A DNA stretch of 64,000 nucleotides, from assembly GCF_009914755.1 (NCBI RefSeq), contig NC_060929.1, one strand, 5' to 3'. The notes below the pieces were generated by a model. It was not told the origin of the DNA. It did not search any database and saw nothing but the letters and a program-made list of their open reading frames with translations. A program made the translations under genes and the position numbers. The stretch is from the human T2T-CHM13v2.0 reference genome, Homo sapiens. Below are positions 15,006-27,313 of the stretch, piece after piece (positions within the stretch are counted from its first letter, which is position 1; the number at the start of each line of letters is the position of its first letter).

Positions 15006-16364
15006 TTATATGCCAATTTGTAGTAGTATCATTCTCATGGGTTGAAATCAAGAGATATGGGGTCCCATATCTGCTACCAGTTCCCTGGGTGATCTTACGG
15101 CTGATGATTGAACCTTCAATGACTCCTTATTATCTTCAGAACTAAGTCCAAACTCCCAAGCACTCCATCCCCAGCTACATTTTCCTGTTGAGAACTAGCT
15201 GAAGAGGTTGGCGGGGGCCAATCACACAGGGCATAGCAGGCATTGCCATTTTTATCCTAACAACAGGAGGGGAATTGGAAGGCCGTGGCATGCTCAAAGA
15301 CCAGGACAGTTGGACTGCAAAACCTGTGCAATGATTGAGAGGAGAGGATGGGCCCTGAGGGCTATGAGCTTGGAGGTAGAGGACTTTTTATAAAGGGGCA
15401 TCTGGACTGAGTGGACCAAGCATCAACCCTCACCCAACCCTAGCCTGGAGCCCATCTCAGCCATATGGCCCTGTCTCACTCCTAAGCATGAGCTAGTCCT
15501 CCAGCTTCCATTCCTTTGTGTGTTGTTCCCTCTGCTCAGCATACCCTTCTCCTTCCATTCTCCACCTGTCAAACTCTACATCTATTAGGTTTTGAGTAGG
15601 TGATACATACACAAGGTGGAAAGATTGAAAAGGTCCCAAGAGACACATGGTGAAAAAGAAGCCTTTCTCCCATCCTGTCCCAGCTCCCATTTCCTCCCTG
15701 GAGGCAGCCATCCCTACCCTCTCACTGCCGCCCTCCTGAGCCACTCCTTGACCAGTGTTAACATGTGTAGATGCGTGGGTACGCACACGTGTGTTCTCCC
15801 TTGTGCATATCACACTCAGCATCGGCACACTTTTGGAGGCCCCCCCATCAGCCCAGACAATCTAAGTCTTTTGGACGGCTTCACCACGTTCTGTCACGTG
15901 CACGTTTACACTTCCCAGACTTTGCCTACACAAGCAGTGCTTTGGGGAATCACAGGACAGACTCCTAGAAGTGCAACTGCTGGGTCAGTAGTCTGAGTGA
16001 TTTTAACATTAACGGGGTTTTCCAGACCCAAGAAAATGCTTCCTTCCACAAATAGGTATGTGTGTGCCGGAGTACACACTCTGGTATGCGCACATCCACG
16101 CCCGCACGTGCACACACACAGAGCTGTTGCTTGCTACCGCCCTCAGAGCCAAAGCTCCAGTGTCCCAGTTCCCACACCTGTGTGGCCTCCACCCACAGCT
16201 CTTATTAGCCATCTCTTCCTGTGTCTGAACTTCTAGAGGATTGGGACCACCACACCCTGTTCCTGTGTATCCCCAGCCCCTGCCCCAGGGCTCGTCTCCG
16301 GCTCCTGGGCAAAGGCAAGAAGGAGCCCAAACTCCTAGCACATAATGGGCCGTCAGCAGTTTTT

Positions 16365-17175
16365 TCCAGGTTTTTTAAAATTTGTATAAATTTATAGAGT
16401 ACAAGTGCAATTATGTAACGTACATAGATTGCATAGTGGTCAAGGCTTATCATATCTATCACCCAAATAATGTATATCGTACTTATTAAGTAATTTCTTA
16501 TCACCCACCTCCTCACCCTTCAGAGTCTCCATTGCCTGGCATTCTGTGTGCTAAGTCCATGTGTACACATTTTTTACCATCCACTGCTGAGTGAGAACGT
16601 GCAATATTTGACTCCAGTTGCACTGGAGGATATTATTTTAACTAAAACAAGGCAGACACAGAAAGTCAAATATTGCAAAAGACAAGATTTCATTCTTTTT
16701 TATGGCTGAATGGTATTCCATTTTGTGTGTGTCTGTATACCACTGTTTCTGTTTCTTTTTTCCTTTTCTTTTCTTTCTCTCTTTCTTTTTTGAGGCAGGT
16801 TCTCACTCAGTTGCCCAGGCTGGAGTGCAGTGGCATGATCTCAGTTCACTGCAGCCTTGAACCCCTGGGCTCAAGCGATCTTCCCACCTCGGCCTCCCGA
16901 GTAGCCTGCCCTACAGGCGTGCACAACTATGCCCAGCTAATTTTTAAACTTTTTGTAGATATAGGGTCTCACTACGTTGCCCAGGCTGGTCTCAAATTCC
17001 TGGCCAATTCTCCCACCTCAGCCTCCCAAAATGCTGGGACTGCAGGTGTGAATCACTGCGCCCTGTTACTTTTTCTTTATGCAGTCATTCACTGATGGAC
17101 ATGTAGGTTGATTCCATATCTTAGCTACTGTGAATAGTGCTGTGAAAAACATGAGCTCAGGTATCTTTTCGATGT
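16365..17175 (-). mobile_element. L1MA 3' UTR fragment with an inserted AluJ (~16750-17064)
   Basis: Antisense L1MA 3' UTR motifs (gtgagaac..., ggttgattccatatcttagctactgtgaatagtgctg) interrupted by an Alu. Confidence 0.85.
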
Positions 17176-20100
17176 ATCGGTCAGCATTTCTTAAATGAAG
17201 CTGTTCTGCCATGTTAAGTGGGAAGAAAGGGCTCCCTGGGAAGGCCAGGGATCATTTCAGCTCTGACTGTCTGGGCTGAAGCCACGTTGGTCCGCAGCTC
17301 GTATCGGGGCAGCCACTCTGGGCTTGGAGAGGCTTGTCTTCCTTGCAACACTAAAATAACTCCCTGCTTCCTTGCAACCCCAAAATAACCCCTCCCAGCC
17401 CATTTTGGGCTGCTCCTTGGGTGCTGATGCTGGGGCCACTTCCTGATACCCTCAGGAGGCACCTGGAACATTTGAAGTGGTCGATGACAGGGGAAAAGTT
17501 CTGAGAACGAATAGCTCATGAGAATGAGGAACTGGGCGGTGCCGGGCAGCCACCTGCTCCGGCCCACCCCCAGCTGCCACACCCTCGAATCCTGATCTGC
17601 AGCAGGAGGTCAGGGACCCTGCGCCACTTTTCCCGCCTTCCAATCACATCACCCTCTGCTCGAACTTCCCCTCCACCTGCCGGAGGCGTCTCAGGGTTCT
17701 TGGGCTACAACCCACCATCTTTCTCCTCCAAACGTTCACCGTGGCTGTTCTCTCTGGAATCAGCTGGTCCCATGTTCACCCAGTTACCTTGTTCCCATCT
17801 GTACCGATCTCAACTCGAATATCGCTTCCTTGGGGAAGCCTTTCGTACCTACACCGTGATACATTCTGGCGGTGCTATTTCCCTTTATATAACTCTTAGC
17901 ACGGCTGCCATAAATAAGCAGCTCCACAGTAGGTCCCGGATGTTGTCTCCTCCCACCCCTGTGATGGGGGCTCCAGATGTGTCTGCTGTGCCCACTGCTG
18001 TAGCCCAGTCCCCAGCACAGTGTCTTCACCCGGAAGCTGCTCGGTATGTGTCATGCACATGAATGCTATTTGCTGACCATGCAGCTTTAGCCAATGACAA
18101 AAGTGTTATTGGTAAGAACCTACCACGTGCCGGGCACTAAGGCTTTTCCGTCCCTTTACTGCCTTCATTTCACAGCCGTCTAGTGAAAGAGAAGGTAGTA
18201 GCATCACCATTTTACACATGAGAAAACTGAGGCTCAGAGAGTTGGAAGTCACGTGCCCAAGGTCACAAAGCTATTTCAGCAACAGCGCTGGAATTAGAAC
18301 CCAGATCTGTCCAATGTCCAAGTCCTTGCTTTCAGCCCGGCGGCTCCCCTTGACTCCTCACAGTGTCCGTTCTGTAGAGTAAGGATCAAACCACCTACTT
18401 CACAGGGTTGCCGTGACGCTCGCCCAGAAGGGGCGTCGGGCACAGCGGTCGCTGCGTGGATGCAGGATTTTCTTTTCCTGTTGTACATTATTGCCTGGAA
18501 AATCAGATTTATCTTTCAGGCCGAGTGAGAAGCCCAATCAAGCCTTAACTGATTCCCCCAAATTGTTGGCCGCTTGTGTGCAATTGCCAGGCTCCCACAG
18601 GGCTGTGTCTGGGGTTTAAGTACTTAAACAGCAAAAGGTGTCTCACTTCCCGCTGAAGAGGGAAAAGAAAGTATTGGACTTGATTTCATAAACGTGGAGG
18701 GGGAGCACATCCCAGTCACCAGCTTGGTTGCTTTTCTAGATGGTCTCGCCCCTCTGGTTTTCTAACTGCATGCATACCAGTGGCATTTCTTCTGGGGTTT
18801 CATGAGTTGGGGGCAGTGAGAGGGAGGCTGTGGCATCAGGCAGACCTGGGGCTGTCTGCCAAGTTCTACCTCTTTCTGTGGAAATCTTCACCCTCCAAGC
18901 CCTCATCTTCTTCACCACCAGATGGAAGGATAGAAGAGAAAAGTGGTATTTTGTGTCTCACCACAATTCAGTTCCCGGGGAGACACATTCTCATGGTGAA
19001 TCACCAAGGACTCCACTGAGAAGAGAGTGCTCCCAGGGCCTTGAAAACTCAAAACTCTGCCCAATGGGATTAAAAAAACACCCCCTTTCTGTCCACCTCA
19101 GAAAGCACAAGCCTCTGCCTGAGGTGAGTACAAGGGAGGTAGAAGTGAGAGAGGATGGAGAACCTACCTCTGGAAGACTTCCTGGAGGAGGTGACAGAGG
19201 AGGCCAGGGTTTGAAAAAAGAGTAAGAGCTCTCTAGGTAAGGAAAGACCTTCCAGGCAGTGAAAACAGCATGTGCAAAGGCACAGAATCAGAATGGGCCT
19301 GGCACTTTTCAGAATTAAATGCCGCAGAGCCAGATCAACACTCCAAGGCAGCAGGTGCTGTACAATCTAACTCGGTACAAAGTGCAGAGAGATTACTCCT
19401 GCTTTTAGGCATCTAGGAGGACTCAAGGAGACAGTTACCTGAGCTGGCCTTGAAAGGAGAGTGGTTGAAGTGAATACAAGAAAGAGTGACACACCAGGCA
19501 TAGGGGATGCAAAGGCAGAGGAAGGAGGGAGAAGGTGTGCTGCATCTGGGGACATGCTCGGTTGCCTGAGTGTCTGTGAAATTAACAGGCAGATGCTGGA
19601 GTGCTGGATGAGACCCTGTTGGAAAGACAGGTTGAAGTCTGATCAAAGAACGGGTATTAAGTACAGGCCAAAGGAGTTTGAGCTGAATTTGAATCCAGGT
19701 TCTGCCACTTTCTAGGGGTGTGACATCACCTGGCCTCTTTGAGCCTCAGTCTCCTCAACCGTTAAATGGAGACATGATTTTCCTCACTCGTGGGGTCGTG
19801 AGGATTCAGTGATATTTTGTTTACTATGCATGGTATCGCTTTGCCCAGGAGGATCCAGCAGGACAGTTGTGCCGTGGTTCATTAAACCTTCTTCCCCCTG
19901 CAGTTGGCAGCTTAGGTTGTTTTCCATTCTTGCCATTGCACGTCTGCCAACGGACATCCTTGTGCACATATCCTCATGAGAGCAGGTGCATTGCCACGGG
20001 CTGGGCTCCCGAAAGAATGGCTTCGATCTAAGTGACCTAGAGGGCCATCCAGTACATATTGGGAATTTTACAAGAAGTGAAGGAGAGGCAGTTGCTGAGT

Positions 20101-21687
20101 AGCATGTATGCTGTGTGCGGGCAGTGCCCAGTGTGTGCCCATTGTGCATGCAGAGGCATGAGAAACCCAGGAGGCCCCCACATACCAAACAGTCAGCAGC
20201 AGTCACTTCCTGGTGGAGGGGCTCAGGTGTGTGGTGGCTCTGATTTTTGGCCCTTTCTGTACACCTCAGGGATATTTGGCTTACTGGAATAAGCCTGTCA
20301 TCACTTTGGAAGTTTGAAAGGACAGTTTGAGAGACTATTTTTTGTTAGCTATGATGGTGACAATGACGGTGACAAGGGTGACATGATTCTTCCTCACAGG
20401 CAAAGAGAACCCATTGAAGGTTGCTCCATAAGGGGATGACGTGGCCCTCTAGGGCAATCCTTCTGCCCACATGGGACAGGAGAGGATGGGAGGGAGAGAG
20501 AGCGCCGTACAAAATCCCCTGCCCTCGAAAAAGGTGACCAGAACTTACGGGAGCTGGGCTTTAAATAGGAATACAGCAGAAGTGGTGCTTCTTTGAAAAC
20601 TCTACGAAGAAAGGACTCACAGCTGTTTTGGTCATCATTGTCCCCCCAGCACCTGGAGTAGCATCTGACACATTGTGGGTTTTCAAAGAAATATGTGTTG
20701 AAAAGGACTGAGGAAGGGAAGGAGGGGCGGGAGAGGAGAGAAGGAAAGGATTTTCTAATTATAAGAGAGGCTGGTCCACTCAGATTTGAAGACCCCTCAT
20801 CCAAACATGAACTCAAATGTCAGCCTGATGCCAAAATACCTATACCCGGCTGTTGTGGTAACTCAGAAAAACTTTGATGAGAAATAGGGATTCTCCAAAA
20901 AAATACCCTTATTGCTACCCCCTCCAAAGTTAATTAAGTGTGGCGGTGAGACCCATGCTGTTTGGGCTATTTATGTAATGAAAAGCTCTGCTAAAAATAG
21001 TACCCGGAGGTTCAGCTGCCAGGACTGGTGGCTGAGCCAGGGAGCGTGGCAGAAGGTGATCGGGAACCCTGATCCCTGCACGAACACAATCGTTGTGATT
21101 AAATGATGCTTCTCATATTCAGGTTGCAAACCGCTCCAGGCAAGAGCCTGGGAGAGGCTTAATTTATGTTTTATGGAGATTAGCTTGCTTCTGAGAGGGG
21201 GTTCCGCCATCAACTCGATTTCTGCACACACTCAGAGCTCAGGAGATTGCCTGCTCTCTGAAAAACCAGGAGGAGCTGGTAGGGAAGGACTGGGGCGTGG
21301 AACAGGGCCTCAGCTTGTTTCTCGCCAGTTGGAATCATATACAGCCACCACTGGGAGGGAGCCTTGGAGATTACCTAGTGACCAGGGGCTCTTATTTAAT
21401 CAAGAGGCATTGCACATGCAGTTACTTTATTGACGTAGTGTTTGCACTACTTCAATAGTGCAAAGGGAGGAAGGGAGGAAGGAGAAACCACCCTAATGCC
21501 CGTGAGAGGGTGATGTGGGGATGATAGGATAAACCTATTCATGGTGAGCCTCCCCACAGACTGTTATGCAACCATTAGAAGGAATGAGTGAGTTCTGTCC
21601 CTGCTGACCTGGATGTGGGATCACGTGTTCTGCCAAGTAAGACCAGTAAGATTTAGAGATGCGTTCGGAGCAGGGGTGGCGTGGATG

Positions 21688-22002
21688 ACAGGTGACGAAC
21701 TGCCGATTAAATCTGGCCCTCTGCCTGGCTTTGTACAGCCCGTGGCTAAGAATGGTTTTTACATTTTTAAATTTTGGAAAAAAATCAAAAAAAGGAGATT
21801 TTTATGACACGTGAAAATGATATGAAATTTACATTTCAGTGTTCATTACTGAAGTTTTGTTGGAGTGCAGCCACGCTCTTCTGTCGGCACGTCATCTGCA
21901 TAGCTGCATTCGCACTGCAAAGGCAGAGCCGAGCCGTCACAGGCTGTGAGGCAGAACGTGTTTATTACCTGACCCTTTTCTGAAAAAGTTTGTCGGCCAC
22001 CG
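21688..22002 (+). mobile_element. MER58B hAT DNA transposon
   Basis: gctaagaatggtttttacatttttaaa...gaaaaagtttgtcggcc resembles the MER58B body and terminal repeat. Confidence 0.8.
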
Positions 22003-22565
22003 CCTTAGAGTATGATGACATTTTGCCAAACAGCAGCACCAGATATGGTTCTCAGCACTTCAGAGGAGTAGATTCATTACATTTGTTTATTCGTTCATTC
22101 ATTTTATCCTTTATTCGTCAGATGCTTACTGTCTATCTGTGGGGCCAGGCACCAGGAACCAGCAGAGAACAAACAGATGCAGGCCTTCTTCTTGTGGAGC
22201 TGAAAGTCTGTGTCTAGATCCTTCTTTTCTCAGTACAAGCACTTCCAGCCTTTCCAACTCTTTCTCACGAGTCTCAGTGTCCAGCCCCTTGCATCCTGCC
22301 TCCCTTCTGCCTCCCCAGTATGTATCCTGATTGCCCAAGTCCCTCCCAAAAAGAGGTATCCAAACTGGTCCCATACTTCCTGGGGTCTTGCCAAGAGGTT
22401 GAGATCTAGTAGAAGGACACATCTTGAATTGGGTCATGCTTTCTATCTGGTTTCAAGGTGCTTAACATCCAACCTTTGCCTTTTCAGCTCCTGCCCTCCA
22501 CTGACTCCAGAGAGGGAGATCCCCAGTACTTGACTCCATCACGCAGATGGGAGCAGGCACCAGCT

Positions 22566-22730
22566 ATGGAGAGGGATACAGCTGCGTCTCCACATGACCC
22601 ATCCTGCATGACACCAAAGCCACCGCCAGACAGTGCCTCGGATTCTATGCAAAACCTGGGAAGCGGAGACCTACCCCAGCCCCGGGAGGAAGCTAGCTCT
22701 TCAGGGGACCGTCTGAGGACTGGAGTTTGA
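22566..22730 (+). other. Upstream ORF (54 aa, MERDTAASPH...RTGV) in the HRH2 leader
   Basis: ATG in strong context (GCTATGG), open to TGA. Translation is not demonstrated. Confidence 0.5.
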
Positions 22731-22870
22731 TCCATGAACCTGGCTTCGAGGCCTTGCTTTTCTCTCTTCTTCATTCATATTCATTCCCAACACCTTAGAA
22801 GGTGTTGCTTAATTTATTTCTAGAAAAGCAGCCCAGAGTCAGTCATTGAAGCCTTCCCCACCCCCTGGCC

Positions 22871-22891
22871 AAAAAAAAAAAAAAAAAAAAA
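22871..22891 (+). repeat. A21 homopolymer in the HRH2 5' UTR
   Basis: 21 consecutive A, about 120 nt upstream of the ATG. Confidence 0.97.
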
Positions 22892-23012
22892 CTGGACACA
22901 TTTTGGATCTGTTGGGAGCTTGGAGTCCAGTGGTTGGCATAGTTGTCACATTGGGAGCAGAGAAGAAGCAACCAGGGGCCCTGATCAGGGGACTGAGCCG
23001 TAGAGTCCCAGG

Positions 23013-24092
23013 ATGGCACCCAATGGCACAGCCTCTTCCTTTTGCCTGGACTCTACCGCATGCAAGATCACCATCACCGTGGTCCTTGCGGTCCTCATCC
23101 TCATCACCGTTGCTGGCAATGTGGTCGTCTGTCTGGCCGTGGGCTTGAACCGCCGGCTCCGCAACCTGACCAATTGTTTCATCGTGTCCTTGGCTATCAC
23201 TGACCTGCTCCTCGGCCTCCTGGTGCTGCCCTTCTCTGCCATCTACCAGCTGTCCTGCAAGTGGAGCTTTGGCAAGGTCTTCTGCAATATCTACACCAGC
23301 CTGGATGTGATGCTCTGCACAGCCTCCATTCTTAACCTCTTCATGATCAGCCTCGACCGGTACTGCGCTGTCATGGACCCACTGCGGTACCCTGTGCTGG
23401 TCACCCCAGTTCGGGTCGCCATCTCTCTGGTCTTAATTTGGGTCATCTCCATTACCCTGTCCTTTCTGTCTATCCACCTGGGGTGGAACAGCAGGAACGA
23501 GACCAGCAAGGGCAATCATACCACCTCTAAGTGCAAAGTCCAGGTCAATGAAGTGTACGGGCTGGTGGATGGGCTGGTCACCTTCTACCTCCCGCTACTG
23601 ATCATGTGCATCACCTACTACCGCATCTTCAAGGTCGCCCGGGATCAGGCCAAGAGGATCAATCACATTAGCTCCTGGAAGGCAGCCACCATCAGGGAGC
23701 ACAAAGCCACAGTGACACTGGCCGCCGTCATGGGGGCCTTCATCATCTGCTGGTTTCCCTACTTCACCGCGTTTGTGTACCGTGGGCTGAGAGGGGATGA
23801 TGCCATCAATGAGGTGTTAGAAGCCATCGTTCTGTGGCTGGGCTATGCCAACTCAGCCCTGAACCCCATCCTGTATGCTGCGCTGAACAGAGACTTCCGC
23901 ACCGGGTACCAACAGCTCTTCTGCTGCAGGCTGGCCAACCGCAACTCCCACAAAACTTCTCTGAGGTCCAACGCCTCTCAGCTGTCCAGGACCCAAAGCC
24001 GAGAACCCAGGCAACAGGAAGAGAAACCCCTGAAGCTCCAGGTGTGGAGTGGGACAGAAGTCACGGCCCCCCAGGGAGCCACAGACAGGTAA
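23013..24092 (+). CDS. HRH2: Histamine H2 receptor, canonical 359-aa unspliced-CDS isoform (class A aminergic GPCR)
   Basis: [13 protein letters not shown]...GATDR with 7 hydrophobic segments, TM3 Asp (SLDVMLC), DRY, CWFP, NPILY and a C-terminal CC. Recognised as the human H2 receptor. Good Kozak context AGGATGG. Confidence 0.99.
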
Positions 24093-24094
24093 TA
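24087..24094 (+). promoter_or_regulatory. HRH2: 5' splice donor overlapping the stop codon (AG|GTAATA)
   Basis: GAC AG|G TAA TAG: the GT at 24089-24090 supplies the last base of Arg359 and the first base of TAA. Confidence 0.9.
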
Positions 24095-25187
24095 GCCCTA
24101 GCCATTGGTGCACAGGATGGGGGCAATGGGAGGGGATGCTACTGATGGGAATGATTAAGGGAGCTGCTGTTTAGGTGGTGCTGGTTTATGTTCTAGGAAC
24201 TCTTCATGAGCACTTTGTAAACACCCTCTTGCTTAATCCTCCCAACGGCCCCCAAAGGTAGAACTTAGCTCCCTTTTAAAAGGAGCACATTAAAATTCTC
24301 AGAGGACTTGGCAAGGGCCGCACAGCTGGGGCCTGAAGAGCGGTCACCTGACTTCGGAACTCGCAAGCCCTTTTTCCCAGCTACGTGGTCCTTACAATTA
24401 GAAGTCTTATGTTTGAAGCCTGACTGCCACTGAGGAGTCGTAAGTGTTCAACCAACCCCTCCAGGATAGCACTCAAGTAACCATGTCACCAATGCTGCCA
24501 CTTGACGGGCCTGTTGTGGGGTTAAATGAGAAACTCAGCTCAGTTCAGCATTTATTGAGCACCTGCTATGCATCAGCTCTTACCGTGGGGGGGGTGTAAG
24601 TTGGTGGGGAAAGAGGCCAGTGGAGTCAGAAAGGTGGGGCCTTGAAGGCGGCTGAGTTTGGGCATGATACTGTAGATTTTAGGAAAGGTGAAAGAGTTAG
24701 AAGCAAGGGAAAGGGTAACTTAAGCAGATCTATGCCTTGGAAAGAGGGCTCTGGGTACCCCTAAGATGTGGACCAGAGGATGAGACTGTAGACGAGGGGG
24801 TTGTGGCACTGACTCATGAGAGAGGAAAGAGAGGAAAGCAAAATCAAGGAGGCCATAGATCTTAAAAGCTTGCAGACTCTGGGATGTTCAGAGTGCGGGA
24901 GATGCAAGGGAGGACAACAGGATTTCCCCTCCCAGAGGGCACCAGGCGGAAAAGATGTATAGAATCAGAATGAGATTTGGATAAATTCACTGGTGACAAA
25001 GCCAATGCAGGATCTTAAGGGAAACCACACCAAAGACCTGAGTGGCACCGAGGAAGCTCGCTGTGAGGAGAGACAGCTTACTGGTCTGGGCTTTAGCTGC
25101 TGAAAAGAGCAAATGAAAGAATGCTCAGAGGATACCTGGCACATAGAAGTTGCTCAATAAATGTTGCTTTCCTTTCTCTTCCCACAG

Positions 25188-25305
25188 ACCATGGCTTTGC
25201 CTTCCAGAATGCTGGTCTGTGGAACTGACCCATTCATTCATTCATTTGTTCATTCATTCATTTGCAAACATTCATCCAATTCCCACCACATGCCAGGAAT
25301 TATGA
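25188..25305 (+). CDS. HRH2: Alternative proximal terminal coding exon of HRH2 (397-aa isoform, adds PWLCLPECWSVELTHSFIHLFIHSFANIHPIPTTCQEL)
   Basis: Strong acceptor tttcctttctcttcccacag|A. AG+A restores Arg359, followed by 38 codons and TGA at 25303-25305. Matches the recalled 397-aa isoform tail. Confidence 0.85.
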
Positions 25306-27313
25306 TGAATACTGGGGATGTAGAAATGAGATTTTTTGGGTTTATGGTGATGAAGTTACAGAAAATCAATGGCACAGCCCTGGTCTCAGCTCTGCCGTCA
25401 CTCAACTTGTATCTTGAGCAAGTTCCTCCCCATCTCAGGCCTCAGTTTCCTCATCGCATAGAGAGTTGGTCTTCCCTCACCGGGCTTCCTACTTGCCCTC
25501 CAGAGTTGCCTGAAGCTCACATGAGCGAAGGGACATGAACATGCTCTGCCATCTCCCAATAGGACATAAGTCCACGCTGGAGCGCTGAGCATCAGACTCA
25601 AGAAAAGCTTGCGTGGATATTGCAGACCCACCAACAAGGGCTCCAGGTTCTGGAGTTGTGGAGGCAAAACTGCCTAGTGAGAACCCTACATATTCCCTCT
25701 GGTCCTTGCAGCTGCCACCCCCATTCCCAGGGGTGGAGTGTCCCTCCATAGACTTGGATCCTGGGCCCTCTGCTCCTTCACCACTGTCCATCTGAAGCAA
25801 GCCTGGTTGCTCCGGCACTGAACTGTGGCCTCGGGCCCTGGACCCTGCCCCTCAAATCCACCCTCCAAGTGCACACCTGGAAACTTCCGCTTCCAGTCCT
25901 GATGGGTAAAACGCCCACCTACCATATCCTTGCGCAATCTCTTATTCAGGAGGCAGCTGGAGTGCAAAGCTGACTTAGTTCACAAAGTATAAAAAAATAC
26001 AGGGATGTGGTTCAGCTAGAAGGTGGTTGCCACTCTTGGGTTTAGTCTTGTATATCACTTTGTGCTGCCGTTACTTGTTTGAGCCCTGGGTTAATAAGCC
26101 GCCTTTTCAGTTGAGTCCTTAAGGGAACTTATTCATTCAATAAGCACTTAACAACAATAGCTAACATTCATTGAGCATCCACTACTGGCCCGTTTCAGAT
26201 GTCTGACATTGTTTCTAGGCATTAGTTGCTCTTCAGGGGCATCCTACTCCCACCCCTGCACCAAGTGCTAAGGGCACAAAGTGAGATAGAGCATCTTCCA
26301 CCCTGTGCCACCCTCGGCCACCTGCAATTGCTCATGGTCTAGTTAAGAAGCTGACTGGTCAGATTCAGAGCCACACATGCCAAGGATTGAAGCCCAGATG
26401 GGGCTGGCGCATGGGCCCGGGAGCCCATCCCGGAGAGGAGACCTCTGAGCTTTTAAATGCAAACGAGAAAGACCCTTTCATCCAAGGCAGGGCTGGACCC
26501 TTGAGACTCAGGGCCTCACTTCATCCTCCACACAACCCTGTGAAGCAGGGACTTGCTTAATCTCCACTTTATAGGTGGGAAAACTGAGGCACACAGAAGT
26601 CAAGTAAACTGCCCCAAGGGATACAACCCAAAGTTGCGATCTGAGCAACAACAGAAATAGCAGCGCCTGCCGCAGACTGTCCTCCAGGCTCCCGGCATGC
26701 TGCAGGGTATGAGTGTCCATCTCCTGCTCTGATCCTCGTGGGCACCCTGGGTGGGAGGCTGTGAAGAAACCAGGGCCAGCAGAGAGGTGGTGCCTCCCAG
26801 GGTCATGCATGCAGCCGTGGAGGCAGGGCCAGATCCGAGTCCAGAGCCCATGCTCCTGGAGATCACGGCTATGGTCTGTCCTCCAGCCCCCAGGAGCAGG
26901 GGCAGAGGGCTTTGGCAGAGAAGGGTGGGGGAGCCAGTCAGAGGGCCCCACACTGTGGTTGAGGGCATGGAGGGCGGAGGGAGCCAAGAACAGCCAGAGG
27001 TTGATATTCCCACCAAGACTGCCAGGGCGATCAGGGCCTCGTGTGTCCCTCGATAAGCTCGGCTGCCAGTTTCCCTGCTGGCTGATAGCATGTCCTCCAG
27101 CTCTCCGTCTGGGGACAAACCCGCACTGACCCAGAGCCGTTATCACTGCCAAGATTGGGCTGTCTGCCTGAGCCAAGAATTCCGAAGGGAACGGAGCCAG
27201 CCTGCCCTGGGTGGGGTGGGGGCACCGTCGGCCAAGGGGTGACTCCAGAAGATAGAGTGGCCAAGCTGGCTGGTCCTCCCTTCCCTGTGGCCAACCAGCA
27301 GCCACCCCACAAT

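Larger units (their letters stand above)
22488..23012 (+). other. HRH2: 5' UTR part of the HRH2 coding exon (525 nt), starting after a 3' splice acceptor
   Basis: Polypyrimidine tract and AG (aacctttgccttttcag|ctc) ending at 22487. The 525-nt distance to the ATG agrees with my recollection of c.-525 numbering. The upstream non-coding exon appears to lie outside the window. Confidence 0.8.

Noticed and set aside
17270-18480. Mildly CpG-enriched region as a CpG-island promoter
   Set aside because: CpG density looks too low and patchy by eye, and no supporting exon or donor was identified.
25161-25538. 125-aa ORF downstream of HRH2
   Set aside because: Starts within the polypyrimidine tract, is in a different frame from the spliced exon, and is L2/MIR-derived.
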